The notes: generated from the letters alone by a model not told the origin. Positions 9,582 to 20,600 are shown, counted from the first letter of the stretch. The stretch is 64,000 nucleotides of DNA from Longimicrobiales bacterium (GCA_965248195.1 CBDFIQ010000002.1:352001-416000), one strand, 5' to 3'. A program made the numbers and translations.

Positions 9582-10235
9582 TCACTCCGGGGTCACCGAC
9601 CAGTCGAAGTGGCTGTGGAGGGCATGTGTGCCGTTGTTCCTCACCGCGATTTCGCCGTCGTCGTACGTCGTGTCGCCCTGTGCGATCACCTGAGTGGAAG
9701 CGTGAACTTGATTGAACATATTTCTGAAGGTAACGGGCTGCTTCCGGTCCCACCCTCGGATGTTTTCGATCGTACTCTCCAGAAGCCCCTCGACCACGAC
9801 CCGCTTCACCGCATCCTCGTCGGTGATCTCGATGGGAAGCGTACGGGTGGGCAGCCGTCGTTCGACGAAACCATCGAGTAGCTCCCAGGGTCCGCCTGCG
9901 CGCCCCGTGAGGATGGTTTCCACAGAAGATCGTTGCGCCTGGGAAGCACGCGCGTCGATGATGACGGTTTCGGTCCAACCGCCAGAGATCATGTGTTGTG
10001 GACAGTCATATCCGATGACGGCGGTTACGCCCGTGAGGTCCACGGCGCCGTACGAGCCCTCATCGAAGCGCATCGCCCAATAGCCGATGCAGCGCTCATG
10101 GGTACATTTGTTCGAGAAGTGGACGTGACCCGGACAAACCACCTGGCAGTTGCAGTTCTCGAACAGGAGGCCCTTGGCCCACCAAGCGGGGAAAGGTGCG
10201 CTGGATTCGGTCATCTCGCTGCCAGGCCTCTTCAT
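9582..10235 (-). CDS. DUF1326 domain protein
   Basis: GLLFENCNCQVVCP...C.GYWAMRFDEGSYGAVDLTG...IIDARASQAQR..ILTGRAGGP...FDW. Confidence 0.85.
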   Translation of the reverse strand: MKRPGSEMTESSAPFPAWWAKGLLFENCNCQVVCPGHVHFSNKCTHERCIGYWAMRFDEGSYGAVDLTGVTAVIGYDCPQHMISGGWTETVIIDARASQAQRSSVETILTGRAGGPWELLDGFVERRLPTRTLPIEITDEDAVKRVVVEGLLESTIENIRGWDRKQPVTFRNMFNQVHASTQVIAQGDTTYDDGEIAVRNNGTHALHSHFDWSVTPE

Positions 10236-10243
10236 CTACGGCT

Positions 10244-11368
10244 TCACCAGCTCACACGCAGACCGGTCGTCGAAGCGACGCCGGCGTATGCCCCACCATC
10301 CTGGGCACTGTCGTTCATATCTGCGAACTGTAGACCGCTCTGCAATTTCAGCTTGTGGCCGTAGAAGTAGTAATTGACCCCTACGTAGAACTCGTTGTAG
10401 CGATCCCCACGACCAGCCGTCACCTGACTCTCGTATCGCGCCAAGCGGACACCGTTGGCATCTTTACTGCGGAGGTAGGTGTGGCGGCCAGCAACCTGGA
10501 GGCGAGAGGTAAGGTTAAAGAACGGCATCGTCATCACACCCCACAAGTCGCTCTGGGCCATGTAACCAGACCCCGTGGAGAAATCAGCCTGGAAACCCCA
10601 CCGATCGACCTCGAACCTGAAGTTCACGGAAGCCACGTGCTGAAGCTGTAGTGTGAAAGTGTTGTTCGAATCAGGATCCTGATATACGTAGTCTCCTCTC
10701 AGCCGCGCGTCTTCAACTCCAAGAGCCTCGGAGAAGTCGTAGCCAAGGGACAGGAGCCCAAAAGCACTCCCGTTGAACTCACCAAACCACCGATTCTCTT
10801 TGCCTCCAGTGTAAACGCCCAACTGGTAAACCCAGTTCGAGTGCCCGCCCGAAGCGCTTACGCCGGGGATGTACTCCTCGGGAAACCACATGTTGTTGGC
10901 GAGATTGCTGCGATCTATGGTCAGAAGCTCCTTTGACGAGGTCGACCCGTCCATGGTGAATGAAACTCCTTGCTTACCGACCGTCAGCGCGAAGAATTCG
11001 CTCGCCTCCCATTCGACATAAGTATCTGTGAGCCTCTTGTAGAACGGGTCTCTTTCCTGAGGATTGAAGTCGGCCTCCACGTGGACGGTGAGCTGATGGA
11101 ACAACTCTGATCGCACGCCGAGCCGCATACGTCGGACATTCCATTCCTCGTGCGTTCCCTGGTCTGCGTCGATGGCCGAAAACTCGTACTGAAACCTTCC
11201 GCTGAAGAGCACGCTCTGAACCGTCTCGTTCTGGTCGTTGCGGTGCCACTCGGCGAACTTCCAGATGTCATCGTAGGTTGACTGTGACGTGGCCTGCTCG
11301 GGTGCGGTCAGCGCCAATAATCCGGTCACAGTGATGGCGAAAACGCTACAAGTCCGATTGAATCTCAC
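10244..11368 (-). CDS. OprO/OprP-family porin
   Basis: FSGRFQY, VRRMRLG, SSKELLTIDRS, GVNYYFYGHKLKLQ, terminal W; GTG start at 11368. Confidence 0.85.
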   Translation of the reverse strand: MRFNRTCSVFAITVTGLLALTAPEQATSQSTYDDIWKFAEWHRNDQNETVQSVLFSGRFQYEFSAIDADQGTHEEWNVRRMRLGVRSELFHQLTVHVEADFNPQERDPFYKRLTDTYVEWEASEFFALTVGKQGVSFTMDGSTSSKELLTIDRSNLANNMWFPEEYIPGVSASGGHSNWVYQLGVYTGGKENRWFGEFNGSAFGLLSLGYDFSEALGVEDARLRGDYVYQDPDSNNTFTLQLQHVASVNFRFEVDRWGFQADFSTGSGYMAQSDLWGVMTMPFFNLTSRLQVAGRHTYLRSKDANGVRLARYESQVTAGRGDRYNEFYVGVNYYFYGHKLKLQSGLQFADMNDSAQDGGAYAGVASTTGLRVSW

Positions 11369-11406
11369 GCGCTGCTCCCCTTGAAATCTGAAGAGCCGTC
11401 CGGGCC

Positions 11407-13128
11407 CTACACGCTGATCTCGTGAGCTTCCCCGGCACCTTGCGGCACGCGGATGACTTCGACCAGCTCCGCGATCCGGGGCGGCGGCGCAGGCGTGAAC
11501 CAGGAGACCATGATCGCAACCATGAAGTTCACGAGCATACCCAGGGTGCCGATCCCTTCGGGCGAGATGCCGAACCACCAGTACTCGGCAGTGTTCGCGC
11601 TCGGGTTGATGAACTTGAAGTAAACGATGTACGAGGCTGTGAGCGTAATGCCTGCGATCATCCCCAGAATGGCTCCTTCGCGGTTCATGCGCTTGGAGAA
11701 AATCCCCATGATGATGGCCGGGAAGAAGGAAGCCGCCGCGAGCCCGAACGCGAACGCGACGACCTCTGCGACGAATCCTGGCGGATTGATCCCGAGGTAG
11801 CCCGCCACCATCACGGCGAGCCCGGCGCTGACGCGGGCCGCGATGAGCTCTCCGCGTTCTGTGATGTCCGGCTTGAAGCTGCGCTTGAGAAGGTCGTGGC
11901 TCACCGCGGCTGAAACCACGAGGAGCAGTCCGGCGGCTGTGGACAAGGCGGCGGCCAGCCCGCCGGCCGCCACCAGGCCGATGACCCAGTTGGGTAGGCC
12001 CGAGATTTCCGGGTTGGCCAGGACTATGATGTCCTGATCGATGGTGAGCTCGTTCTCGATCGGAGCCCCTGATGCGTCCCGCGCCCCCGGACCGACGTAT
12101 TGAATGATGCCATCCTCGTTCCGGTCATCGAACGAGATCAGCCCCGTTGCCTCCCAGGTCGAGAACCATTCGGGCATCTCCGAGTACGGCTGCTCCGACA
12201 CCGTGTTCAGCAGGTTGGTCCGCGCGAAGACGGCAACGGCGGGCGCAGCCGTGTAAAGCATGGCGATGAACACCAGCGCAAAGCCGACGCTGATGCGGGC
12301 GTCCCTCACCCTGGGCACGGTGTAGAATCGGATGATCACGTGTGGGAGACCGGCGGTACCCACCATGAGGGCGGCCGTAATGAAGAAGACGTCGATCGTG
12401 GATTTTTCGCCGGATGTATACGCAGCGAAGCCCAGCTCGCGGTGCAGATCGTTCAGACGGTCGAGCAGGAAGGTTCCGCTCGTTTGGTCCACTCCGCCGA
12501 ATCCAATTTGAGGGACGACGTTGCCGGTGATCAGGAGCGAGAGGAAGATCGCTGGCACCAGATAGGCGAAGATCAAGACGCAGTACTGTGCGACCTGCGT
12601 ATAGGTGATGCCCTTCATCCCGCCCAGGACGGCGTAGAAGAAAACGATACCCATGCCGATGAACACCCCGATCTCGATGGGTACCTCGAGGAAGCGGCTG
12701 AAGACGATCCCCACGCCGCGCATCTGGCCGGCCACATAGGTAAAGGACACGAAGATGGCGCACACCACCGCCACGATGCGTGCTGTTTGCGAATAGTATC
12801 GGTCCCCTACGAAATCGGGCACCGTGTAGGCACCGAACTTCCGGAGGTAGGGGGCGAGAAGAAGCGCCAGGAGTACGTACCCGCCGGTCCACCCCATGAG
12901 GTACACCGACCCGTCATAGCCCCGGAAGGAGATGAGCCCTGCCATGGAGATGAACGACGCCGCCGACATCCAGTCCGCCGCAGTGGCCATGCCGTTCGCC
13001 AGGGGTGAAACCCCGGTCCCCGCGACGTAGAACTCGCTCGTGGAGTGCGCCCGGGACCAGATGGCGATGCCGATGTAGAGGGCGAAGGAAAGCCCCACCA
13101 ATACGAAGGTCCAGGCTTGGACGTTCAT
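11407..13128 (-). CDS. actP: Cation/acetate symporter (sodium:solute symporter family)
   Basis: NGMATAADWMSAASFISMAG, MVGTAGLPHVIIRFYTVP, GGLAAALSTAAGLLL; follows a DUF4212 gene as is typical. Confidence 0.9.
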   Translation of the reverse strand: MNVQAWTFVLVGLSFALYIGIAIWSRAHSTSEFYVAGTGVSPLANGMATAADWMSAASFISMAGLISFRGYDGSVYLMGWTGGYVLLALLLAPYLRKFGAYTVPDFVGDRYYSQTARIVAVVCAIFVSFTYVAGQMRGVGIVFSRFLEVPIEIGVFIGMGIVFFYAVLGGMKGITYTQVAQYCVLIFAYLVPAIFLSLLITGNVVPQIGFGGVDQTSGTFLLDRLNDLHRELGFAAYTSGEKSTIDVFFITAALMVGTAGLPHVIIRFYTVPRVRDARISVGFALVFIAMLYTAAPAVAVFARTNLLNTVSEQPYSEMPEWFSTWEATGLISFDDRNEDGIIQYVGPGARDASGAPIENELTIDQDIIVLANPEISGLPNWVIGLVAAGGLAAALSTAAGLLLVVSAAVSHDLLKRSFKPDITERGELIAARVSAGLAVMVAGYLGINPPGFVAEVVAFAFGLAAASFFPAIIMGIFSKRMNREGAILGMIAGITLTASYIVYFKFINPSANTAEYWWFGISPEGIGTLGMLVNFMVAIMVSWFTPAPPPRIAELVEVIRVPQGAGEAHEISV

Positions 13129-13138
13129 CGTGCGCCGA

Positions 13139-13426
13139 TCACTCGGCGTCCTCGTCGACTCCAAACTCGCGGTCGAGGCGGTTCATGAGGAACACGTACA
13201 CGAAAATCAAGACCACGAACACGTAGATGGAGCCCTGTTGCGCGAACCAGAAGCCGAGTGGGAAGCCGGTTCCCGGCAGGCGGATACGGTTCAACGGCTC
13301 GACGAAGAGGATGCCCGCGCCGTATGAAATCACGAACCATACGACCAGCAACATGCCCACGTACGTGAGATTCTTGCGCCAGTAGCCTTCATTGGAGACG
13401 GCGCGACGGTCAGGCGGGAGTGTCAT
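13139..13426 (-). CDS. DUF4212 domain small membrane protein (symporter partner)
   Basis: YWRKNL..LLVVWFVISYG..GFPLGFWFAQQGSIYVFVVLIF..MNRLDREFGVDE. Confidence 0.9.
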   Translation of the reverse strand: MTLPPDRRAVSNEGYWRKNLTYVGMLLVVWFVISYGAGILFVEPLNRIRLPGTGFPLGFWFAQQGSIYVFVVLIFVYVFLMNRLDREFGVDEDAE

Positions 13427-13460
13427 GGCGGGGGTACTTTGGCGGCTCGACCACGGTGTG

Positions 13461-13475
13461 GCAAGCGGGTCGCCA
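13461..13475 (-). promoter_or_regulatory. Candidate sigma-54 -24/-12 promoter for the DUF4212-actP operon
   Basis: Minus strand TGGCGACCCGCTTGC fits TGGC-N7-TTGC (GG-N10-GC), about 35 bp upstream of ATG 13426. Confidence 0.35.
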
Positions 13476-13523
13476 GCCAAGATGAAGCGTTTGCCGTGGC
13501 GCGAGAGGCGGCCATATTGAGCT

Positions 13524-13943
13524 ATGACCGAATTCTTACCACTCGTTCTCCTTTTCCTTTTTGGGGGATTTGCGGCTGTTTCCGCGCTGTTGAAGAGCCG
13601 CGCCCGATTGAAGGCGCCGTTAGGCGTAGGCCTCACAGTGCTGGAGGGAATCTCTGGGATGGTGTTGATGGGGGCCTCCCTCCCCATGTCGGGATCCTTG
13701 GAGACGGCCTCCCGGATCGGCATCGTTACCGCGGTGTTGGTGGGAGTTTCGTCCGCGGTCCACCTGGTGAAAATCCGTGATCGTGGCCGAGATCTCGAGG
13801 CGTCGGAGGGGAAGCGGCTCTCTGCCGCCATCGGTTATCAGACAGGGGATGACCCGAGCGTGATCGGAGCGGAGCCCTCGGACGTGGATGACTCGACGCA
13901 CCCGGGAGATCCTGATGATAACCCCGGGGATACCCTCAGTTAA
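13524..13943 (+). CDS. Hypothetical membrane protein (about 3 TM helices, acidic tail)
   Basis: 139-aa ORF with three hydrophobic segments filling the gap. Confidence 0.7.
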   Translation: MTEFLPLVLLFLFGGFAAVSALLKSRARLKAPLGVGLTVLEGISGMVLMGASLPMSGSLETASRIGIVTAVLVGVSSAVHLVKIRDRGRDLEASEGKRLSAAIGYQTGDDPSVIGAEPSDVDDSTHPGDPDDNPGDTLS

Positions 13944-14006
13944 ATCGCAATAAGGCCGGAGACACCGCCAGGCTGCGTAAGATTTAGCTTGTAGGCTGGC
14001 TTCTGG

Positions 14007-16151
14007 GTGGGGAATATTGAAGGACATGAAAAATTTCTCCACGCCCCTGCGTCGGGCCGGCTTAGAGATCGCGGCTTTTTCTTCGTGGTCTTGTTTCAGG
14101 AGTTGGCGCTGATTCGTTGGCTTCCGGTGCAGGTCAGGGTCATCGCCTACTTCCCGAATCTCATCCTGATCAGCTCCTTTCTCGGGTTGGGAATCGGGGC
14201 CCTGAGAGGAAGAAAGAAGTCGATGCTCTGGCTTTGGCCGCTCACGCTGGCGGTAGTCGTCGCGGTGGCGATGGGTTTGAGCAAGATCGCCTTCACCGCC
14301 GACTCGGTGAGCGAGCATCTCTGGCTGCTCTACTACGACCTCGGACCGGAGGCCATCGTCGTCGATGGAGTCCGCCTGCCCATCATTCTGCTCTTCGTAC
14401 TTTCGGCGGCTTCCTTCGTGCCGCTGGGACAGTTCGTCGGTCAGCGGCTCGATCGTTTCCGTCGCGAGTCGAGTTCTCTCTGGGGCTACAGCCTCGATCT
14501 GCTCGGGTCCCTCCTCGGAGTCATCGCGTTCGCCGTGGTTTCGTTCATCGGCGCGTGGCCGGTCACGTGGTTCGCCCTGATCGGGCTCGTAGGGCTGTTG
14601 GTGATCGCGGGCAAGAAGCGGCTTTGGGCGTATTACGGCGTCGTGATGATCGCCATCGTGGTGGCGGTGCAGGCAACCGAGCCGGCGACGGATTACAGTC
14701 CGTATTACGCCCTGGCCACCGTACCTACACCTGAGGAGCCCGGGTTTGCAGTGATCGCCAACGGCTCCATCCATCAGCGTGCGCTGAACCTGGTACAACC
14801 TCCCTCCGGGGATGACGGCGAGTACTGGCTGACCCGTACAGGATACCACCTACCTGTCCGGCAGATGGCGGGCCCAAAAGGCAGGGCGCTCGTCCTGGGA
14901 GCGGGCACCGGCAACGACGTGGCGATGTTGCTCGACGAGGGATTCTTGGAGGTTCACGCCGTCGAGATCGATCCGATTATTCTCCAGATGGGGCGCGACC
15001 ACCCGAACCGCCCGTACGACTCGGACAGGGTCACGGTGTTCAATCAGGATGGGCGCGCCTTTTTGAGGGACACGGAATACCGATACGACCTGATCGTATT
15101 CGGGACTCTGGACTCGATGACCCGTTTGTCTGCCCTCTCGAGCGTGCGTCTCGATAACTTCGTTTATACGAGGGAGGCGATCGAAGCCGCCGCCTCACGC
15201 CTGACTCCCGAAGGGGGGCTCGTCCTGTATTTCATGATCGGGGACAGTTACATCGGCGATCATCTCACTGGCATCCTTGCTAGTACTTTCGACGCTCTTC
15301 CAGCGGTTCATTTCACCAACTATGCCCTCTTCAATACGATCTTCGCGTCAGGGCCCGCCTTTGCCCATCTTTCGCAGCCGACGCCCGAGGCGGTTGACGA
15401 ATACTACAACGTGACCCTCCCGTCGCTCGATCTTCCCACCGACGATTGGCCTTTTCTGTACCTTCCGAAAAGGGGGGTCGGCGGGTTCTACTTGTCGCTC
15501 ATGGCCACTTTCCTCGCCATCGCCGTCGTCGGGATCCTGGTGAGTTCCCGTGAGCTGCGCGAAGGGCTGCTCAAGCGGGGCGAGGTAGACTGGGAGATGT
15601 TTCTCTTCGGTCTCGCATTTCTCCTGATCGAGACCAAGTTCGTGACCACGATGAATCTGGTGTGGGGGGCCACATGGCTCACGAGCGCGGTCGTATTCGG
15701 GGCCATTCTGGCCATGATCTTGATTGGCACCGTGCTCATGGAGTTGCGCCCCCTTCCCTGGGCTTGGGCAGCCGCCGGGCTCGTTCTTGCGCTGTTCGCC
15801 ACCTACCTGGTTCCGACAGAAGCCTTGGCCGGACGCTCAACGGCCGTTCGTCTGTTGCTGTCTGTTCTTATGGTCGGAGGCCCGATTTTCTTCGCCTCCG
15901 TATGCTTCGCGCTGCGCTTCCGGGTGCGTCCGGCGGCGGACATCGCCTTCGGGTGGAACCTACTGGGTGCGGTGGCTGGGGGGCTTTTGGAGTTCTTCTC
16001 GATGTCATTGGGCCTCAAGGCGTTGACGCTGATCGCGATCGTAGCCTACCTCAGCGCCTTCCTGATCCGCTCGCGGATGTCAGGCCCTCAGGTCGCTGAG
16101 GCGGCGGCGAACCGTGACGCTCAGCCCCACGTTCTTGCAGAGGTCCGCTAG
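14007..16151 (+). CDS. Membrane protein with central spermidine-synthase-like SAM-binding domain; probable 5' frameshift
   Basis: LVLGAGTGNDVA..HAVEIDP, DGRAFL..YDLIVFG.LDS, PTDDWPFLY; multi-TM regions on both sides. The better start appears to be ATG 14026 in another frame. Confidence 0.8.
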   Translation: MGNIEGHEKFLHAPASGRLRDRGFFFVVLFQELALIRWLPVQVRVIAYFPNLILISSFLGLGIGALRGRKKSMLWLWPLTLAVVVAVAMGLSKIAFTADSVSEHLWLLYYDLGPEAIVVDGVRLPIILLFVLSAASFVPLGQFVGQRLDRFRRESSSLWGYSLDLLGSLLGVIAFAVVSFIGAWPVTWFALIGLVGLLVIAGKKRLWAYYGVVMIAIVVAVQATEPATDYSPYYALATVPTPEEPGFAVIANGSIHQRALNLVQPPSGDDGEYWLTRTGYHLPVRQMAGPKGRALVLGAGTGNDVAMLLDEGFLEVHAVEIDPIILQMGRDHPNRPYDSDRVTVFNQDGRAFLRDTEYRYDLIVFGTLDSMTRLSALSSVRLDNFVYTREAIEAAASRLTPEGGLVLYFMIGDSYIGDHLTGILASTFDALPAVHFTNYALFNTIFASGPAFAHLSQPTPEAVDEYYNVTLPSLDLPTDDWPFLYLPKRGVGGFYLSLMATFLAIAVVGILVSSRELREGLLKRGEVDWEMFLFGLAFLLIETKFVTTMNLVWGATWLTSAVVFGAILAMILIGTVLMELRPLPWAWAAAGLVLALFATYLVPTEALAGRSTAVRLLLSVLMVGGPIFFASVCFALRFRVRPAADIAFGWNLLGAVAGGLLEFFSMSLGLKALTLIAIVAYLSAFLIRSRMSGPQVAEAAANRDAQPHVLAEVR

Positions 16152-16180
16152 GCTACTTCTTCATCTAGAGTACTTCTTCA

Positions 16181-17434
16181 TCAGCCTTCTGCGTCCAGCA
16201 ACGCCATCACCAGCCCGCTTCGGACCTTCGGCTCGAACCAGGTCGATTTTGGTGGCATTTGCCGGTTCTGGCGGCACACCTCGATGAATTCGTCCATCGT
16301 CACCGCGGGGAGCGTTACCGCGTAGGCCGCCCGTCCCTGGTCGACCTCCCCTTGTAGCCAGGCGGCGTCCTTATTGGCACCGACAAAGGTGAGACGGTCG
16401 TCGGCAGCGTCGGCAATCCCGAAGACGTGCGCGAAGAGATTCTTCTGGACGATGCCGTAGTCGATGGCTTCTGCCGCGTCGTCCGGATCGAACGTCCCGG
16501 GAAGCGGCTGGAGGCGTAGCCAGCCGCGCTCCGGGGTGTAGAGTCCGATGTCATGAGTCTCGGTGGGCTGGTAGAAGTCCGCCACGGCGGGGGAATCGAG
16601 TCCGAACCTCTCCCCGATTCCAGCAGTCAGCCGATCCGTCGGAAGCGCTGAGGTGTGCACGAGCCGATTGTACGGCCGGATACCCATCGTGCGGGCGGGA
16701 AAAAAGACGCTCAGGAAATACTCGTATCCGAGCATCGCCGCGGCGGCGCTCCGGTGATTCCCGTCCGCAACGTACGCGTGCGGCTCTTTCGCGAGGAGTG
16801 CTTGCAAGCGCTGGATGGCCTGCTCGTCGCTGACGATCCACACACGGTGCCGGTTCGTGTGTTGATCGAGCACCTCGAAGTCCGGTGGAGTGCCTGATGC
16901 GTGTGCCTCCAGGTGACTCTGGAGCTCGCCCGACACGTCATCCACGCCGTTATTCACCATGCCGATGATCGTACGGGTGGCCTGGATGAGGTCGGCCCGG
17001 CCGCGTGCCTTGGCTTCACGGACTCCCTCGTTCCGGATGATGGTCCCGGTGGGGGTCCTCTCAGTCCGGATCTCGTCGGTCCGAGCCATGCCGCCCAGAC
17101 CGATCTGCCGCACGTCCGGGCGACTGGGGTCTTCGATCTCGTAGACCCAGAGGATGTCGCGTATCTCTTCCGTCAGCTCGCTCGCTTTGAGCTCCTCCAT
17201 CTGGATGCGCGCCTGGGCCAGCGCACCCTGGGAATCGCGGACCCCGATCGTTTCGAGCGAATTCGCGTGGCAATGAGCCATAGTCACGCGCAGCACACTC
17301 ATGGGATTGTCCTGAAGGAGATCCCAAATCTCGTGATCCCCCTGGAACTCGTCGTAGTTCGGAGCGCTGACGCGCGCGGCCGCCGCCGAATCGATGGGGA
17401 CGAGGGCGCGGTGGACCGGGGTGATCGTGATCAA
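16181..17434 (-). CDS. DUF1015 family protein
   Basis: APNYD, YVADGNHRSAAA, IRPYNRLV, MPPKSTWFEPKVRSGL; TTG start is approximate. Confidence 0.88.
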   Translation of the reverse strand: MITITPVHRALVPIDSAAAARVSAPNYDEFQGDHEIWDLLQDNPMSVLRVTMAHCHANSLETIGVRDSQGALAQARIQMEELKASELTEEIRDILWVYEIEDPSRPDVRQIGLGGMARTDEIRTERTPTGTIIRNEGVREAKARGRADLIQATRTIIGMVNNGVDDVSGELQSHLEAHASGTPPDFEVLDQHTNRHRVWIVSDEQAIQRLQALLAKEPHAYVADGNHRSAAAAMLGYEYFLSVFFPARTMGIRPYNRLVHTSALPTDRLTAGIGERFGLDSPAVADFYQPTETHDIGLYTPERGWLRLQPLPGTFDPDDAAEAIDYGIVQKNLFAHVFGIADAADDRLTFVGANKDAAWLQGEVDQGRAAYAVTLPAVTMDEFIEVCRQNRQMPPKSTWFEPKVRSGLVMALLDAEG

Positions 17435-17652
17435 GAGATGGGCGACCCGTTGTGGGGCCTTCTTGCAGAGGGTTTGACGGAACGGGCTCCAGTCGTCGAG
17501 AGGCGAAAGATAACGCTGAAATCCGGCCCGTGTGCTCTGCAATGGTTCTCGGCGGAGTCCCGACCCGCCCATCCCCTGATGCGGAGGCCCTCGGGACGAG
17601 GGGTATCAACTTTCGGGCGTCAAAGCCGGGTTAGGGCGTCTGAGGGAGGCCT

Positions 17653-20600
17653 CTAGTACGCCCCCGGGTCCGGCCCGCTCCTCCCATCCCCGACCCTCAC
17701 CAAGCGTACGCGAGCCTTTCCGAACATCTCCTGGAGCGCCTCTATCGTTTCGCGGCTGGGGTCCGCCTTGAGTGTCCGCGACCGAAGGATCGGGGCCGCG
17801 ACCCCGTTGTCGCTGCCCAGGAGGAGCTCGACCGGGGCCGTTCCGGGGTGGGCGACCAGAATCTCCTTGGCTCGGGCGAACACGTCGTCGTCCAGTTCGG
17901 CGCCAATCGGCAACTCGATCTGAAGGGCCAACTGGCCGCTGTTGGCGACGCCCTCGAGCAGGAGGGCATCGTCGAGGAAAATCGGCGGGTCTTCCTCGTC
18001 ACGCTCCCGTCCGCTCACCTTCCCGGAAATGAGCACCACGGCGTCCTGTTGAAGGGTTTCCTTGTACTTCTGCCAGTTCTCCTTGAACGCAAGGATGATG
18101 GCCGTGCCGTGAAAGTCCTCGACCGTGATCTTACCCCATTCAGAGCTGTCTCGGCGTGAGATCTGCCGCTGCACCTTGGTCACCACGCAGGCCAGGTCGA
18201 GCGGCCGGCCGAGATGGTCCTTCAAGTTCGCAGTGTTCACGTAATCGAAGGCCCGCACGACCTCTGCATACCGATCGAGCGGGTGGCCGGAAATGAAAAA
18301 GCCCAGGGCTTCCTTCTCTCTCTTCAACCGTTCATGCTCTGGCCACTTTGGGATGTTCGGAAGGCCCGGGTCCTTGCGCTCGAGGGCCGCGTCTCCGGTG
18401 CCGAAGAGAGAGGCTTGGCCGGCTTCTTCTTCGGCTTTTCGGGCGCTGATCTCCGAGTAGGCGGTATCGAGCCCTGCGAGGAGTTGCGACCGGTACCCGA
18501 ACGAGTCCAATGCTCCCGCCGTGATAAGGGCCTCGACGGCACGTTTGTTCAAGCTCCGAAGATCGACACGCTCCAAGAACTCGAACATCGCCGTGAAAGG
18601 CCCGTCCGAGTCCCGTGCGGTGAGGATCGACTTGACCGCGCTCGAGCCCACGCCACGAATGGCGCCCAGACCGAACCTGATGTGGGTCTCACCGACCGCC
18701 GTGAACTTCCAGCCCGACTCGTTCACGTCGGGCGGGAGGACCTGGATGCTATCGACCAGTCTCGGTAAGTAGCGCGGTAGTTCCCGGCACTCTCCGATGT
18801 ACTTGACCACGTCGTCGGTGTTGGACACGACCGCCGAGAGCATGGCCGCCATGAACTCGGCGGGGTAGTGAGCCTTCAACCATGCGGTGTGATAGGCGAT
18901 CACCGAGTACGCGGCGGCATGTGAGAGGTTGAAGCCGTACCGTCCGAAGGTCTCGATCTGCTCGGCGAGGCTCTCCGCCGTCTTCTTCTCCACGCCTCGC
19001 GCGACGGCCTTCGTGACGAACTGCCGGAGCTCCTCTCGGATGAGTGACACGATCTTCTTGCCCATCGCCATCCGGAGCACATCGGCCTCGGCCATGTCAT
19101 AGCCGCCCAGGATGTTGGCGATCCGCATCACCTGCTCCTGGTACACGATGATGCCGTAGGTCCGCTCGAGGACCGGCTGGAGGTCGGGATGGTCGTAGCT
19201 GACCTCCTCCTGTCCTAGCTTCCGCCGGATGTAAGCGTCTGTCATTCCCGTGTCGAGCGGACCGGGGCGGATCAAGGCGTTGGTGGCCACAAGGTCGTCG
19301 AAACGGTCGCAGCGCATGGCCCTGAGCTTTTCGATCGCCAACTTCGACTCGAACTGGAACACCCCCGACGTTCCACCGTTTGCGAGCATCTTGTATACGG
19401 CGGGGTCGTCCAAGGGAACGTCGTCCATGGACTCGAAGACGGTGCCGGACTCGGGGTGCCTCAACTCGCCTATCCTGGCCACGATCGCCTCCACAGCGTC
19501 GTGGATGACCGTGAGCGTCTTGAGGCCCAGGAAATCTATCTTGAGCATTCCTGCGTCCTCGAGGCATTTCATGTCGTACTGCGTGACGTACATGGCCTCG
19601 GAGGTGTCTCCGTTCGCGCCGTTCTTTCCGGTCTGGATGCATACCGGCACGTAGTCGTCCAGCGGGCCCGGCGCGATCACGACGCCCGCGGCGTGTACCG
19701 ACGAGTGCCGGGAAAGACCCTCGAGCGTCATGGAGTAGTCGAAGAGCTGCTTGTATCGGCCCCCCTCCTCGTACAGATCCTTCACCTCCTTGAGTTTCTT
19801 GATCGCCTCTTCGACGGTGAAGGATTGGCCTGGAGCGTTGGGAATCATCTTCGCGATGCGGTCGGTCTCGGACGGCTCCATCCCCAGGGTTCGACCTACG
19901 TCACGGATCACCGCGCGGGACTTCATGGTCCCGAACGTGATGATCTGCCCGACCGCGTTCTTTCCGTATTTTTCCTTCACGTACTCGATGACCTCGCCCC
20001 GCCGTTCATAGCAGAAGTCGACGTCGATATCCGGCATCGAGATCCGCTCGGGATACAGAAAACGCTCGAAGAGGAGGTTGAAGGCCAGGGGATCGATGTT
20101 CGTGATCCAGAGCGAATAAGCGACGATCGAGCCCGCGGCCGACCCCCGGCCCGGACCCACCGGAATGCCGTGGCGACGAGCCCAGTCGATGAAGTCCCAA
20201 GTGATCAGGATATAGCCGGCATACCCCGTCTCGGTGATGACCCCCAACTCGTAGTCTAGGCGTTCTCTAACGGCCTCGGGAAGGGGGTCTCCATACCGCC
20301 GTTTCGCACCCTCCGTAGCCAGAAACACTAGGTATTCGTTCTCGTCGACGTGGTCGTCGGGAAGCGGGAACGCGGGCAAGTGGTACGTCTTCTCGAAGCC
20401 GAGGTTCACGCCGTCGGCGATCTTCAGGGTGTTTTCGAGGACGTCGGGCCGATCCGGGAATCGTTCGGCGATCTCCGGCGCGCTCTTGAAGTAGAGGCCT
20501 TTGTCGTATCGCATTCGGTTGGTGTCGTTTCGGTCCTTTCCGAGACCGATACAGAGCAGGACGTCGTGTGCTTCGTGATCCTCCACCTGAAGAAAGTGCG

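Noticed and set aside
17435..17652. Possible structured leader upstream of the DUF1015 gene
   Set aside because: Only generic GC-rich hairpins, with no riboswitch consensus recognised.
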